IMG/VR virus record: IMGVR_UViG_3300021399_000154
Coordinates: 5,547-69,546 of that record
Direction: 5' to 3' (one strand)
Length of the DNA stretch: 64,000 nucleotides
Origin: a virus
Lineage: Duplodnaviria > Caudoviricetes
Position 1 is the stretch's first letter, and every line of letters starts with the position of its first letter. The translations under genes and the position numbers were made by a program. The notes beneath the pieces are model-generated. The model saw nothing but the letters and a program-made list of their open reading frames with translations. It had not been told where the DNA came from and ran no database searches. Below, in pieces: positions 5,705 through 17,876 of the stretch.

Positions 5705-8700
5705 GGTAATATTAAAAAATGGGATTCCTATTTAGAAAGGAAGTGTATTGACTAAACAATTTTTAGATAGGAATCAAGAATTATTTACTAAATATCTAAA
5801 TTTTTGGATACTATATCCTGATGCCTATTTAGACGCAATCCAAGACTCCTAGGATGCAAAGCATTTTCATCTCTTACCTTATCAGCGCATTGCATTGCGC
5901 GCGAGTATGCGATACCGTTATCATTTTTGGACTGCTACTCGTGCAACTTCTAAATCTTTTACTGCCTATTTAAGTTCGGTCTGCCGTGCAGTTCTATTAC
6001 CTGGATCTAATATTATGATTGCTTCGGATGTAAAAGGTACGGTTATAAAAATTGCCGAAGCAAAATTTGAAGAAATTTTTCGCCATTGGCCTCTATTACG
6101 AAAAGAACTTGCTACACGCGAAGATGACGGAAAGACAGGTATAAAATCAAGTAACAATTATTATGAGCTACGCTTTAAAAATGGCAGTATGATTACTGTA
6201 GTTTCTAAAGATACTTCACGTGGTCTACGTGCAACTGCGGCAATATTAGAGGAAGCTGCGACAATTGAAGAAGAACCTTATAATGAAGTGCTATTACCGC
6301 AAATGAATGTAAAGCGCAGAGAAGTAGATGGGACTATCAATGTAGAATAGCCTAGTTCTCCACAAACTTTTATTACAACCGCGCGTGAACGAACAGTATA
6401 TATGTATAGCAAACTTATATAGATTACCGTTAATGCGGTTTTACGACCAAAAGAATATTTTTCTTGGGGTTAACTTATAGCCCCGTTAGCCAGTGATGGT
6501 TAAGCAATAAACATCTTAAAAGCTGGAAAGTCTTAAAATCAATTATACTTTTCTTATTTGTTCTCCAAGATAAGCAAAGTTACGAAAGTAGAAATAAATA
6601 ATTGAGTGACGCATGGAGTAATCCTAAACGTTGGAAATAGATAATCAGCACCAATTATAATAGGAGGATAATTATATGCCTAAAAAATTAACAAAAGAAG
6701 ATGTAACAGAACGCATTCAAAATAAATGGCCTTAGTGGCATTTTCAAGTTTTAACTTATATAAATGCTATGACCCCTTGTAAAATTAAATGCTTATAGTG
6801 CGGGTTAATTAAAGAATATAAACAATTATATCATTTATTAACGAAATCTTGTCCTTGTGAATGTAATTCTAATTCTTCACAATTTAAATCTAAACAACAA
6901 ATTAAAGAATTAAAATAGTTTTTTGAAAATAATAAATAGTTTGAACTTATTGAATGGACAGTAATGAATGATAAAAAGCATAAGCCCGCAGTAAATATCT
7001 ATCATACAAAGTGCGGAAGAAATTTTATTCGTAGAACTACTACATTCTATCAAAATCGTATTTGTCCATATTGTGACGGCAATGCTATGCCAGATACACT
7101 TGAAATAAGCAAAAGATGCAAAGAAAAAGGATATACATTATTAACCTAGTATAAAAGTTTACAAGATAAAGTTTTAATACGACATGACAAGTGTGGATTC
7201 ATATGGAGTATTAAACCTTATAGATTTTATCACGAATTAGACGGTGATTGCCCTAATTGTAATAAAACAATTTCTAAGGGAGAAAGACGTATTATGTAGT
7301 ATTTGGAATAGCATAACATAAAATTTTCACGAGAACATAGTTTCTCATGGCAAAGTCATAAATCATATAGATATGATTATTTTATTCCGGAATATAATTT
7401 AATTATAGAATATCATGGCATTCAACATTATGAAGAAACAAACTTCTTACATTCTTCTTTATAGATAAATCAATAGCATGATGCTATTAAACAAAGATAG
7501 GCAATAATTAATGGATATAACTATTTAGTTATACCTTATAGTCATTATACTAAAATTAATGACATATTAAATAATTGGTTCAACGACTATCCGAAAGGAG
7601 TAAATAACAAGCTAATGGTTATTGAAAGAGATGTTATCTTTAATAAAAGATAAAAATATAGTCTAATCTCTATAGAAATATAGAGCCGCGAAGGGGTTAA
7701 AGAGTTGCGTCTTTAATTAAATAAAAATGATGAGTTACGAAGTACCTTTACACTATGGTCTATTAGATAAAGCTACATTATTAGACCAACGATATTCTTC
7801 TACTATTAGTGAAGAGTCCTTCAGTAGATAGGAGTTGAGTATTTGGACTGGGAATAATAAAGAAGCTTGGCTAGATTCTAAGACTTTAAATCGCAGAAGA
7901 AAATTATTAAAATGTGAGCGAAAAGCACAAGAGAATCCTACTAACGCTAATACTCAATATATGATTGGGGTAGATATTGGTAGATATAATGCTAATACGG
8001 CGGTAATGATAGGAAAAATTTTTCCTACACAGAATGGCTTTAAAAAACATATTGTTTATACTGAAGTTATTCATGGCGCGAATTATATAACTTAGCAAGC
8101 TCCCCGATTAAAAAAATTAATTCAATTATATCATCCTAAAGAAATTGTCATTGACGGGAATGGACCTGGTATTGGCTTATTAGATGCGATGGTATTGCCT
8201 TCTGTAGATTTAAAAACAGGAGAGCAATTTCCTGCCTATTATGTTTTTAATAATGACCATCATTTACCTCCGTAGATGACGAATCCATCAGAAGAGCCAA
8301 AACCTGAATACAACGCTATCATTTATGATATGAAAGCGGGCGCGGCTAATGATGATGTTATCCATTCTAACTTTTTCGCGCAAATCAATAGCGGAGCAGT
8401 TTCACTTTTAGCACACGAAAGAATTGTGAAAGACAAGTTGCTTGCGACAAAAAAGGGACAGAAGATGACATTATATGATAGGAGAGTATTTTTACTTCCC
8501 TATGAAATGACTTCTAGGTTGATTGATGAATTAAATAATTTAAAGCTAAAACCCACCGGATAGAAAAATCAATTTAAAGTTGATAGAATTTCTCGTTCAA
8601 TTGAAAAAGACCGTTTTAGCGCCTTATAGTACCTTCTTTATCGCGTGAAGTACTACGAAGATAAAGCGACTTATCGTAAGAAGAAGAAAAATTTTAGTTA

Positions 8701-8758
8701 GTATATATTCTTTAGTCCTAAAAAAATAGGGGGTGGTAACATTGGGAAAAGAAAATGA
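5697..8758 (+). CDS. terL: Terminase large subunit, join(5697..6470,7730..8758), ~600 aa
   Basis: ATRATSKS (Walker A-like), ILEEAA (Walker B), nuclease motifs IGVDIG and KDRFSA; spliced junction FSWG|MSYEVP; several in-frame TAG. Confidence 0.9.
6471..7729 (+). ncRNA. Group I intron in terL
   Basis: Exon ends in U, pairing with IGS GCCCC; P ~6518-6530, Q ATAATCAGCA 6641, R GGTTCAACGACTA 7577, S AAATATAGTCTA 7654; terminal G at 7729; splicing restores the frame. Confidence 0.9.
6676..7653 (+). CDS. Intron-encoded endonuclease (325 aa): Cys zinc-ribbon repeats plus PD-(D/E)xK/Vsr-like domain; 10 TAG
   Basis: GGAGG RBS; CxxC repeats; SKGE...YDYF...IIEYHGIQHY motif; ends TAA 7653, overlapping intron core elements. 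Confidence 0.8.
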
Positions 8759-10286
8759 AAAACGAGATTTTAAACAATTCCGAATTGATATTGAACGCAA
8801 TCGCACCCCTATAAATGGCCGCCGAGCTTATTATGGTAGATATGGAGGATATGTTAATGACCCTGTTGCGGAAGATTTTACTTTATAGGAAATCTTACGC
8901 ATTATTCGCTCTGGCGATTTAGCATCTCTAAGATAGCTATCTAGGTATTATTATCGTGTAAATGGTAATTATCGAAATAATATTGATTTTCTCGCGCATT
9001 TACCTTTATATGATAGTGTGGTGGTTCCAGTATTTCAAGAAGGTAAAGGTTCTAAAACTCAAATCTTAAAGGCTTTCTATACCGCGTGTGATTTTATAGA
9101 TAAGTTAGATTTACCTAATACTCTAGCGCATGTAACCACGGAATGGTTAATTACCGGTATTTATTACGGCATACTACGCACCGTAAATGATAAAGTTACT
9201 TTACAAGACTTGCCATTAGAGTATTGTCGTACAAGATTTAAAGATTTTAATAATTTAAATATTTTAGAATTTAACTTAGCATATTTTTTCACGATTAAAG
9301 ACGAAAAACAAAGAGAAGAAGTTATACGCACTTTTCCACCAATAGTACAAAAAGCGTGGAGAAAAACGCAAGGTAAAGGAATTGATAATTGGGTAGCAAT
9401 TACATCAGAATATGGTGGAGTTTGCTTTTGTTTTGCGCATGATCAAACGCCACTCCTGGTAGCTAGCATTCCTGAATTAAAGAAATTAGACAACGCAGTT
9501 GGCCGCGAAGAAAAACGAGATGAGAATGAACTTTATAAACTATTAATACAAAAAATGCCTATTGGTAGTAATGGAGAATTAGTATTCCAGTTAGATGAAG
9601 TCGCAGATATTCACGCATCTGTAGCTAATATGCTACAAGATGTAGATACTGTAGATGTTTTAACTACTTTTGGCGATACTAATTTAGAAAGTTTACAAGA
9701 AAGCACCTCAGCGAGTCAGTCTTCTGACCGTATTGAAAAATATAAGAAAAATGCTTGGGATGCTCTAGGGCGTGGAGAAATTTTGTTTAGCGCGACAAAT
9801 AGTTCTTCACTTGCGTATAGTATTAAAAAAGATGAGACTCTTATGTCGGCATATTTAAATATTTATGAAAGTTGGATTAAATTCTTAATTAATGATCGTT
9901 TTTCTCGTAAAAATTTAACATTTGATTTTTAGATTCTTCCATTGACTGTATTTAATCGGCAAGATTTACAACAGAACTACTTCCGTGGCGCGCAATACGG
10001 ATATTCTAAAATGTTTGCCGGCGTAGCAATGGGAATTAAGCAAATGGACCAACTTAGCTTAATGAATTTTGAAAATGAATTCTTAGAAATGTCCACAAAG
10101 ATGATTCCTTTACAATCTTCTTATACGACTTCAGGTAATGTGATTGCTAACGAAGAAAAAACTACTACCAAACAAACAACTACAGTTACTGGTGGTGCGA
10201 ATTTAGATAATACAGGGGGTCGTCCAGAACTTCCTGATGAACAAAAATCTGAAAAAACTCAAGCTAATATTTAGTCTATGGGTTAA
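8742..10286 (+). CDS. Portal protein (514 aa); 4 TAG
   Basis: Follows terL; TTG start with GGGGGTGG RBS; TAG at 8886, 8934, 9930 and 10272. Confidence 0.8.
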
Positions 10287-10297
10287 GGAGAATAACT

Positions 10298-11521
10298 ATG
10301 GAAAAAGCAATTCCTATTTATTTTGATAATGTTTTAATTGCTTCTCCATTACAGCAAGTTTCTGAAACGAACCCTAATTTGGGGCGGCTAAAAGTCGGCG
10401 TATTTACTAAATATGGTAATCGAAATGGATCATATATTACTGATGACGTTGCTGAGAAACTAATCGAAAGCGCAACTAAAGGAGATACTCCTGTAATTGG
10501 TTTTTTTGATCCTTAGACTAAGAGTTGGGCAAGTCATACTGGCCCAACCTTAGCGAGCGCCTATGGCTATGTAGAAAATTTTGAGGGGTGGCAACCATTA
10601 GTTGATACTGATGGCGAAACTCGTGACTATGCTGTCTTTACTGTAGTGCTTTTTACTAAGTATTTTGAAGAAGCAAATTTAATTATTGGACAAAATCAGT
10701 CTATGGAATTAGATATTAATTCTATTACTGGTGATTGGGCGGATATTAATGGTACAGAATATTATGTCTATACTACTGCCGCAATCCAAGGATTATGTGT
10801 TATTGGGGCACATGAGCCTTGTTTCTCAGTGTCTTCTTTCTTCTCTAAAGAAGATTAGAACTATCCTACCCAATATGATAAGTTTTCTTCACTTTTAGCT
10901 GCGGCTAAAGCGCAAGTTGAAGAAGCTGATAAAAATAAAGAGGGAGGAGAACAACCCATGAATGAATTTGAAAATGAACAAGAAGTTGTTGAAGAGCAAG
11001 TTCAAACCGAAGTTGTTGAAGAAACCCCCGTTGAACCTGAAGTAGAAACTACTCCAGAAGAACCAGAAGTGGATCATTTCGCGGAATTACAACAACAATT
11101 TGAGGCTCTACAGGCTTCTTATAATGAACTAAATCAACAATATCAAGACGCTCAGAATCGTATTGCTGAGCTTGAAACATTTCAGCAAACAGCTAATACA
11201 GATCTTGAAGCGCTTCGTCAGCAGAATACGGAATTACAAGCAACTATTACTTCTTATGAAACACAAGTAACTTCAATGAATGCTGCGCGGAAAAATGATC
11301 TCATTAATAAATATGAAAAAATGATTAATGAAGAAGAAGAAATTGAGCGTTTCCGTGCGGAAGTTGACAACTATTCTTATGACGAGCTTGAGAGCAAATT
11401 AGCTATTACCTTTGCTAATCAGCAAATGGCTCAAAAAGAAGTAGAAGAAGATAAAGTTCCTCTAATTGAGCCGCAAGAATCTCAATTTGCTCTATTAATG
11501 AAAAAATATAGGAAGAATTAA
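10298..11521 (+). CDS. Prohead protease-scaffold protein (407 aa); 2 TAG; probable nested scaffold from ATG 10958
   Basis: Between portal and capsid genes; acidic coiled-coil C-half; internal GGAGGAG RBS before 10958. Confidence 0.7.
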
Positions 11522-11534
11522 GGAGGAATAACTT

Positions 11535-12146
11535 ATGAGTATGAAACGTTTCCCTCTAGAACAATATGCTACTCTAGAGTTAAATCAAGTGGCGTTCCCA
11601 AAGACTGGTATGGTCGTTTCTCAAACTCCGCTAGGTGCAAAGTTTGTAGAAGGCGGGAGCGGCAATTATGGTGTATGTGAGAATGGTATGTGGGTTGTAG
11701 CTGATAAGTCCAAGGGTTATCTAGATGCCCCCGCTGCTGCTACTGACACTCCTATCGGTATTGTTTATACCGCTGAAAAAGAATATGATATTATGCACTA
11801 TGGTCTAAAGACTTTTGGTCGTAAGGTTGCTGGCGATTATCCTCGTGTTGGCATTCTTGGTTTAGGTGATACCGTAACCACCAATTGCTTACAGTATGAT
11901 AATAGCGAAGATGGCTTTAAGGCTAGCGGCTCTGGTGACACTGCAAAGACCGAGGAAGAGAATCTTTATGCAACTCTCGAAGCTTGGGCCACTACCCCTG
12001 TATATGTTAAGCCTGTTGCCGGTTCTCCTGTTCCACAGCTAACTAAGACCAAGCCTGAATCTGGCACTTATGGTAAAGTCACTAAATTCTATACCGTACC
12101 TAACGGCGAAAAGGGCGTTAAGTATGAAATTGTTTCCTTAGGTTAA
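11535..12146 (+). CDS. Capsid-associated structural/decoration protein (203 aa), TAG-free
   Basis: AAGGAGG RBS; directly upstream of the major capsid gene; codon bias of a highly expressed gene. Confidence 0.6.
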   Translation: MSMKRFPLEQYATLELNQVAFPKTGMVVSQTPLGAKFVEGGSGNYGVCENGMWVVADKSKGYLDAPAAATDTPIGIVYTAEKEYDIMHYGLKTFGRKVAGDYPRVGILGLGDTVTTNCLQYDNSEDGFKASGSGDTAKTEEENLYATLEAWATTPVYVKPVAGSPVPQLTKTKPESGTYGKVTKFYTVPNGEKGVKYEIVSLG

Positions 12147-12161
12147 TGGGAGGTGCGAACT

Positions 12162-13232
12162 ATGAATAATCTACAAGTTCTTATGAACGGCGTATTTGGC
12201 CGTAAAGTTCCTGCTGAGTTCGCAGCCGAAAATTATGATTACGAAGCTGCCCTGCATGATGAACTAGTAAAATTACTATGCAACGAAGATGGTCGTATTA
12301 ATCGTTATAAGTTTGAACGTAATAAGATTGATCTATTTGAACTTCTATCTCAAAATCTTGACGAAGTTCTTCCCCAGAGTGTAGAACAAGCTGTTTACAT
12401 GTTTGCTGAAGTAATGCGGGTTCCTCAAGGTTCTCGTCCTGCTTTTACTGTTACTCGTGGTAAGCAACGCGGCAAGCAATTTGTAACTCGGGCTACTGAA
12501 TCTGGTAACTACGAGACTTTCCGTCTTGACCGTGATCGTTTCGATATTTATCCTGTTGCTATTGGTGGCGCTGGATATGTCGATTTTGAACGGTATCTAG
12601 ATGGTATTGAAAGCATTACTGATATTTATGAAGTAATTAATGCCGGTATGCTAGATCGTATCTTTGAAATGGTCCAAGAAGCTCTACTTTCTACTTGGAA
12701 TCTTGCTGGCCGTCCTGCCCGCAACAAGGTAGTAGCTAATAATTTTGATCCTACCGCGATGAGGAAGCTCTGCAATACAGTTGCTGCTTATGGCACTCCT
12801 GTTATTTATTGCTCTCCTGAATTTGCTGCTGAAATGGTCAATGCCATTGTTTATAATTCTACCACTAAGATTTCTGATCAGGATATGATTGAAGTTCGTG
12901 AACGTGGTTACATTGGTAAGTTCCAAGGCACTAATGTTATCGTTATGCCTCAGTCTTTCACTGATGAAACTAATACTAAACTAGCGATGAACCCCTCTTT
13001 TGCTTATGTTATTCCTACTGGCAAGGAGAAGCTAGTTAAGCTAGTCTTTGAAGGAAATTCTTATTTCCGTGAATGGGATGATCACGAAGGTGATAATTCT
13101 ATTACTATACAGGCTTACACTAAGGTCGGTGTTGCTGTTGTTGCGACTCCTAATTATTGGGGAATTTATTACAATTCTTCTCTAAATGCTGGCAGCGGTT
13201 GGGAAACCTATAACCGGACTCTAACTGCTTAA
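12162..13232 (+). CDS. Major capsid protein (356 aa), TAG-free
   Basis: Gene position, size, GGGAGGTG RBS, strong codon bias, downstream terminator. Confidence 0.85.
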   Translation: MNNLQVLMNGVFGRKVPAEFAAENYDYEAALHDELVKLLCNEDGRINRYKFERNKIDLFELLSQNLDEVLPQSVEQAVYMFAEVMRVPQGSRPAFTVTRGKQRGKQFVTRATESGNYETFRLDRDRFDIYPVAIGGAGYVDFERYLDGIESITDIYEVINAGMLDRIFEMVQEALLSTWNLAGRPARNKVVANNFDPTAMRKLCNTVAAYGTPVIYCSPEFAAEMVNAIVYNSTTKISDQDMIEVRERGYIGKFQGTNVIVMPQSFTDETNTKLAMNPSFAYVIPTGKEKLVKLVFEGNSYFREWDDHEGDNSITIQAYTKVGVAVVATPNYWGIYYNSSLNAGSGWETYNRTLTA

Positions 13233-13243
13233 TTTATATAATA

Positions 13244-13273
13244 GGGGCGGGTTTACGCCCGCCCCGGTTTTTT
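13244..13273 (+). terminator. Intrinsic terminator after the major capsid gene
   Basis: GGGGCGGG-TTTACG-CCCGCCCC-GG followed by a T-run. Confidence 0.85.
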
Positions 13274-13292
13274 GCGTAAAAGGAGGAAATAT

Positions 13293-13745
13293 ATGAGTAA
13301 TTTATCAATTAAAAATATTAGTTCTGCAAATATAGTATTAACTGCACCAAATATTCGATTCCGCCGTGAACTGTCCCCAGGACGGACACTACCTTTAACA
13401 GCGGAATAGTATGAAGAGCTTTCATTTGATAGCGGCTTTTCTGCCTTATTAGACGGACATTATTTACAAATGTTTGGATTAGATGAAGATAAGGAAGCCG
13501 TTACTGTTGATGGAGCAGATAAAGTCTATAGTGCAACTGATATTGACAAAATACTAGACACTTTAGATATTACTACTTTTGCTAAATTTTTACCTACGGC
13601 GGCGGATGCTGAAAAAGAAACTGTTGTAAAATTAGCAATTGAAAAAGGTATTACAAATGGTGGCTTTACCGCTCTCATTAAAAAATATTGTGGCGTTGAT
13701 GTGATTAGTGCGATTAACATGAAACATCAAGCCGAAGAGAATTAA
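13293..13745 (+). CDS. Head-associated hypothetical protein (150 aa); 1 TAG
   Basis: AGGAGG RBS; TAG at 13407. Confidence 0.75.
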
Positions 13746-14215
13746 TGGCTACTCCATTACTTAAAGTATATGACGCATTTCTTGCGCGCATAACCGCCGA
13801 TGAATGGACTCTAGAAGAAGAGCTCGCAATTGTAGAGCGGGATTGGCGATAGCTTTTAAGGATGTCTATTTTTCGATTTAAATATCCTCGTATTTCATTA
13901 GAAATTGAAGAAAATAGTGATGATCCTAATACATACCAATTCACTGAAGATTTAACAAATGATGAAATTCAATTACTTGCTTTATATATGAAACATGAAT
14001 GGGTAAAAAGATGTATCGCAAGTTGGGAAAATATTCGTCAATTATACGCAGATAAAGACTTTTCACAAGCAAATCATCTTGACAAATTAAATAAACTTGA
14101 AGCTGCGATAGCTTTATAGATACAACATGCAGAAGGAATCTACGATAGATCACGGTCAAAGCGGCCAGCAGATTTATTTAGAAAGTTAGCAGGAAAGAAA
14201 AATATTGTCAGATGA
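13745..14215 (+). CDS. Putative head-tail adaptor (156 aa); 2 TAG
   Basis: TAATG coupling to the previous gene; neck-region position. Confidence 0.6.
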
Positions 14216-14477
14216 AACCTTTAATGGTTATAAGCGCAAGATGAAAGGTCGATTATATGGCGTATTATGTGAAAAAGAAAAAAATGGTGAATGGGAAAAA
14301 TTTTTAGATTCTATTATTATTGAATTAGAAGGTTTAGGCGCGACATCTATTAACTATTGGTCTTTAATTGGAAAATTAAATTCGCTTAAGCATTTAAATT
14401 ATGATTATTTCCGTAAGACCATATTTTAGTGTATGAATTTAGTAGGTGATTTAAATGAGCCAGACGAATTATCTTAA
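14205..14477 (+). CDS. Conserved neck-region protein (90 aa); 1 TAG
   Basis: FRKTIF*CMNL; ends TAA 14477. Confidence 0.7.
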
Positions 14478-15669
14478 TGTTTATTATTCTCGCCTAAATC
14501 ATATGGGAAATTCTACTGCTTAGCGTATTAGAAATGGAGGAATCCGTTCGTTCTATAAATGGTTAGCGGAATCGCCGCATACTGTTAGAGAATTATCTGT
14601 TGAGCGCGGTATTTATTTTGATGGTATTATATTAACTAGTAAAGATAAAGAATACCAAAAAATTATGTTTTTAAATGTTAGTAATGATACTCCTCTATGT
14701 GTAGGAGATATTATTACATGGCCGCTGTAGAATGGGACAGAAGAAAAATGGATTATAATACAAGAAGAAAAAAAAGTAAATGGAACTTACCGAACCTTTT
14801 GGATAGTTAGATGTAATTATCTAATGAAATGGGTAGATGGGAAAGGACATGTTCAACAATCTTGGTCTTATTTTGTTAGTTCATTAGATAGTAAAATTAA
14901 AGGTAACTTTAGGACATGGAATTCTTTAATTTCGCCGCAACCGAATAAATATGCAGAAATTTTAATGCCGCGGTATCCAATTGATCGAGCGACAAATTTT
15001 ATCGTAGAAGAAGAGTCTTGGACAGTAGTAGAATATGATCATACTAGCGTTCCAGGTATTATTTATTTATCTTTAACTGAAGGTAAGATTAATAGTATTT
15101 ATGATGATGTTCCTAATGATTTAGCAGATACAGATAAAATTGCTAAATATGAGCTATTAGTGCCCAATTAGAAACAATAGGTTTCTGTGGGTTAGAAATT
15201 TACTCCTGCATTTACATTAACTAAAAATGGCATTCCTTGTGATTAGCCTGTGCAATTTAGCTCAACTAATCCTGCGATTATGAAGGTATAGAATAATGAA
15301 TTAATTGCGATAAGTAAAGGAGAAGTAGATATTATAGTAACACTTATTAATTATCCTACTATTTATCAAACTTTACAGATAAATGTATCTAATGAATAGA
15401 CTTTTTCTGCATATATTGAAGGTCCAGATAAGATACGACTTGATCGAGATGGGATTTATACATTAATTGGGACATAGAATTTAATTGGAGAAGTTATTTT
15501 TACAATTGATAAGAATACTCCTTATGCAAAAATTGATGATAAATATAATGACAGTATTAGTTGTAAAGTTCATGCTAATGATAAAAATATATTAAAAGAT
15601 GTTATTTTACAAGCGGAATACAATGGTACAGTTTATACTAAAACTATTTCTATTATCCCATTATGGTAA
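14455..15669 (+). CDS. Putative head-closure protein with Ig-like C-terminal region (404 aa)
   Basis: One frame broken only by TAG; AGGTGA RBS; neck-region position. Confidence 0.6.
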
Positions 15670-15680
15670 GAGGTGAGAAT

Positions 15681-16196
15681 ATGAATCTAGAATTAACACA
15701 ACGGCGTTTTTCCGTAATGGGAGAAAATACTTTTCGTATCGCTAATAAAATTATGTCTAATCAAAAAATTTGCCGCTTATTAAAATATCAAACAAAAAGT
15801 CCATTTGCAGAGGAATGTAATGGGAAGCCTCAGCCTGATGTTGATGGTACAGAATTAATTAATAAACAAATTTTAATTGTCCCAAAAATTTTTGATGATA
15901 GTACAGAAAAAATGTCATATATTACCGCTATTTTTGATAATTTTATTGTAAACCCTTTAAACCCTGAATTTAAAATTTCAACAATTCGATTTGATGTAGC
16001 TTGTCCATATGATGAATGGTTGTTAAATGAGCATTCATTACGACCATATTTAATTATGCAAGAATTAGATATTATGTTTAATCAAGCTAAATTAGCTGGT
16101 ATTGGTAATTTATAGTTTTATCGCGCGGACAATCTAGTTCTTACTCCTTGGATGGGCGGTTATTCAATGGTGTATAAGATTAATGAATTTAACTGA
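15681..16196 (+). CDS. Putative tail terminator/completion protein (171 aa); 1 TAG
   Basis: AGGTGA RBS; position before the tail tube gene. Confidence 0.6.
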
Positions 16197-16944
16197 TGAT
16201 GAAATTTTAAAATTTCAAAAAGGTACTCCGGTATTTTTAGATGACATTTGTGCTGTATATTCTGTCACTATAGGCGAAATTGTAGATTTAGGATATAGTA
16301 AGTTTCAGTAGTATTTAAGTATTATTACTGCAACGAAGCCTTTATTAAAGGCAGATAACGAATTTGCTAAAGCCATAAGTAAGTTGTCTGATTTTGAATA
16401 TATATTAATGATGACTTATATGGATCAAAAAACTAATGAAGTATTAAAAGAAGCTTTTAAGTTTTTTACTCATTAGGTTGTAACTTTTTCTTTGGAGCCC
16501 GCACAAATTGTGTTAGGGCCATTAGAAGAAAAACACATTCTCAATGAAGAGAAATTCTATTAGCTTCAATCACTTATTAAGCGTGCATACTTTATGGAAT
16601 TATAGGGTGAATAGATTGTAATTCATAAAGATGATTCACCATCTATTAAGAGATTGAAAATGCAGATGCGAGAAAATCGTGAAAAAGTACACAAAGCAAA
16701 AGCTAAAGAAGCTGCGCGAAAAGGTACTGATTTACAATTTTCTGATTTAATCGGCAGCTTTACAATTAATCATTGTAATATTAATGCTGTTGATGTTTAT
16801 AAAATGACATATTATATGTTTCATGATCAGCTTAAGCGAATGGGTTGGCGTGATGAATATAATATCAATAGTCGTGCAGCATTAGCTGGCGCGAAACTTA
16901 ACAAATCGCAATTAAAATATTGGATGCGATCAATTAATAATTAA
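16183..16944 (+). CDS. Tail-region protein, possible assembly chaperone (253 aa); 5 TAG
   Basis: One frame from ATG 16183 to TAA 16944. Confidence 0.65.
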
Positions 16945-16962
16945 TAAATGGAGGTAACTTTT

Positions 16963-17874
16963 ATGGCTGTTAATATTTTTGATAAATATGGCATTAAAGA
17001 AGTTGCTAATGTATATTTTGAAGCTCTAGAAAATGATATTCCTGCTGGCGTATACAAGGGCGACATCGTGCTATTTCTAGATACACTAAAAGTGTCTACA
17101 ATTGAAACCACTGCTGAAAACGTTGCTGCGCAAGGCGGTTGGGGTAATCCAAGGCTAGTACAATGGGACTATGGTAAGGAAATTAATGTAACCTTAACTG
17201 ATGCTCTAATGTCTCTAGAATCCCTTCGTTTTATGATGGGTGGCGCTATTAAAGAAGCTAAGACTGGAAAGCCCGTGCTTGTCCGCCGGACCGCAGAAGT
17301 CATATGTGATAATAAAGGTGCTTTACCTGATATTACAGATAGGTTTGGTGGCCCTTATGAATTCACAGCTTCTACAGCTCATCCTGTGCGCGTTATTAAC
17401 TTAACAACTGGTGTCCGTACTCAAATTACTGAAGGAGCATTTGCTAAGGGCAAGAAAATTACAGTTGTAAATGAAGCTGCAGGTGTTGAAAGTGCTGTCA
17501 CCGCTGCTGGCGATCGGCTACGTATTTTCTGGGAAGAAGAGCGTGTAGGCGGCGAAACTGATAAGGGCGCTGTTGAAGTAACAATTTCTCCTGATACTTT
17601 CCCTGGCACCTATCGTATTGTTGGTGATACTTTCATGCGTAACCAGAATGGTAAGGATGAACCTTTCCAATTCATTATTGACCGTGCTAAGGTTCAGAGC
17701 TCTGTTACTCTAACCCTAGAAGCTGAAGGCGATCCTACTACTTTTGAAATGACTCTAAACGTACTACGTGGTTCTAGTAGCGATGAAATGATGAAGCTAG
17801 TTCGTTATGGCACTGATGACTCTACTGGGGCTGATAATGGCGATGACATTGGTAGCGTTGCTGATGGTAACTAA
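16963..17874 (+). CDS. Major tail tube protein (303 aa), TAG-free
   Basis: GGAGGT RBS; KYGIKEVA...GGWGNP...AEGDPTTF motifs; codon bias like the capsid gene. Confidence 0.75.
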   Translation: MAVNIFDKYGIKEVANVYFEALENDIPAGVYKGDIVLFLDTLKVSTIETTAENVAAQGGWGNPRLVQWDYGKEINVTLTDALMSLESLRFMMGGAIKEAKTGKPVLVRRTAEVICDNKGALPDITDRFGGPYEFTASTAHPVRVINLTTGVRTQITEGAFAKGKKITVVNEAAGVESAVTAAGDRLRIFWEEERVGGETDKGAVEVTISPDTFPGTYRIVGDTFMRNQNGKDEPFQFIIDRAKVQSSVTLTLEAEGDPTTFEMTLNVLRGSSSDEMMKLVRYGTDDSTGADNGDDIGSVADGN

Positions 17875-17876
17875 TA

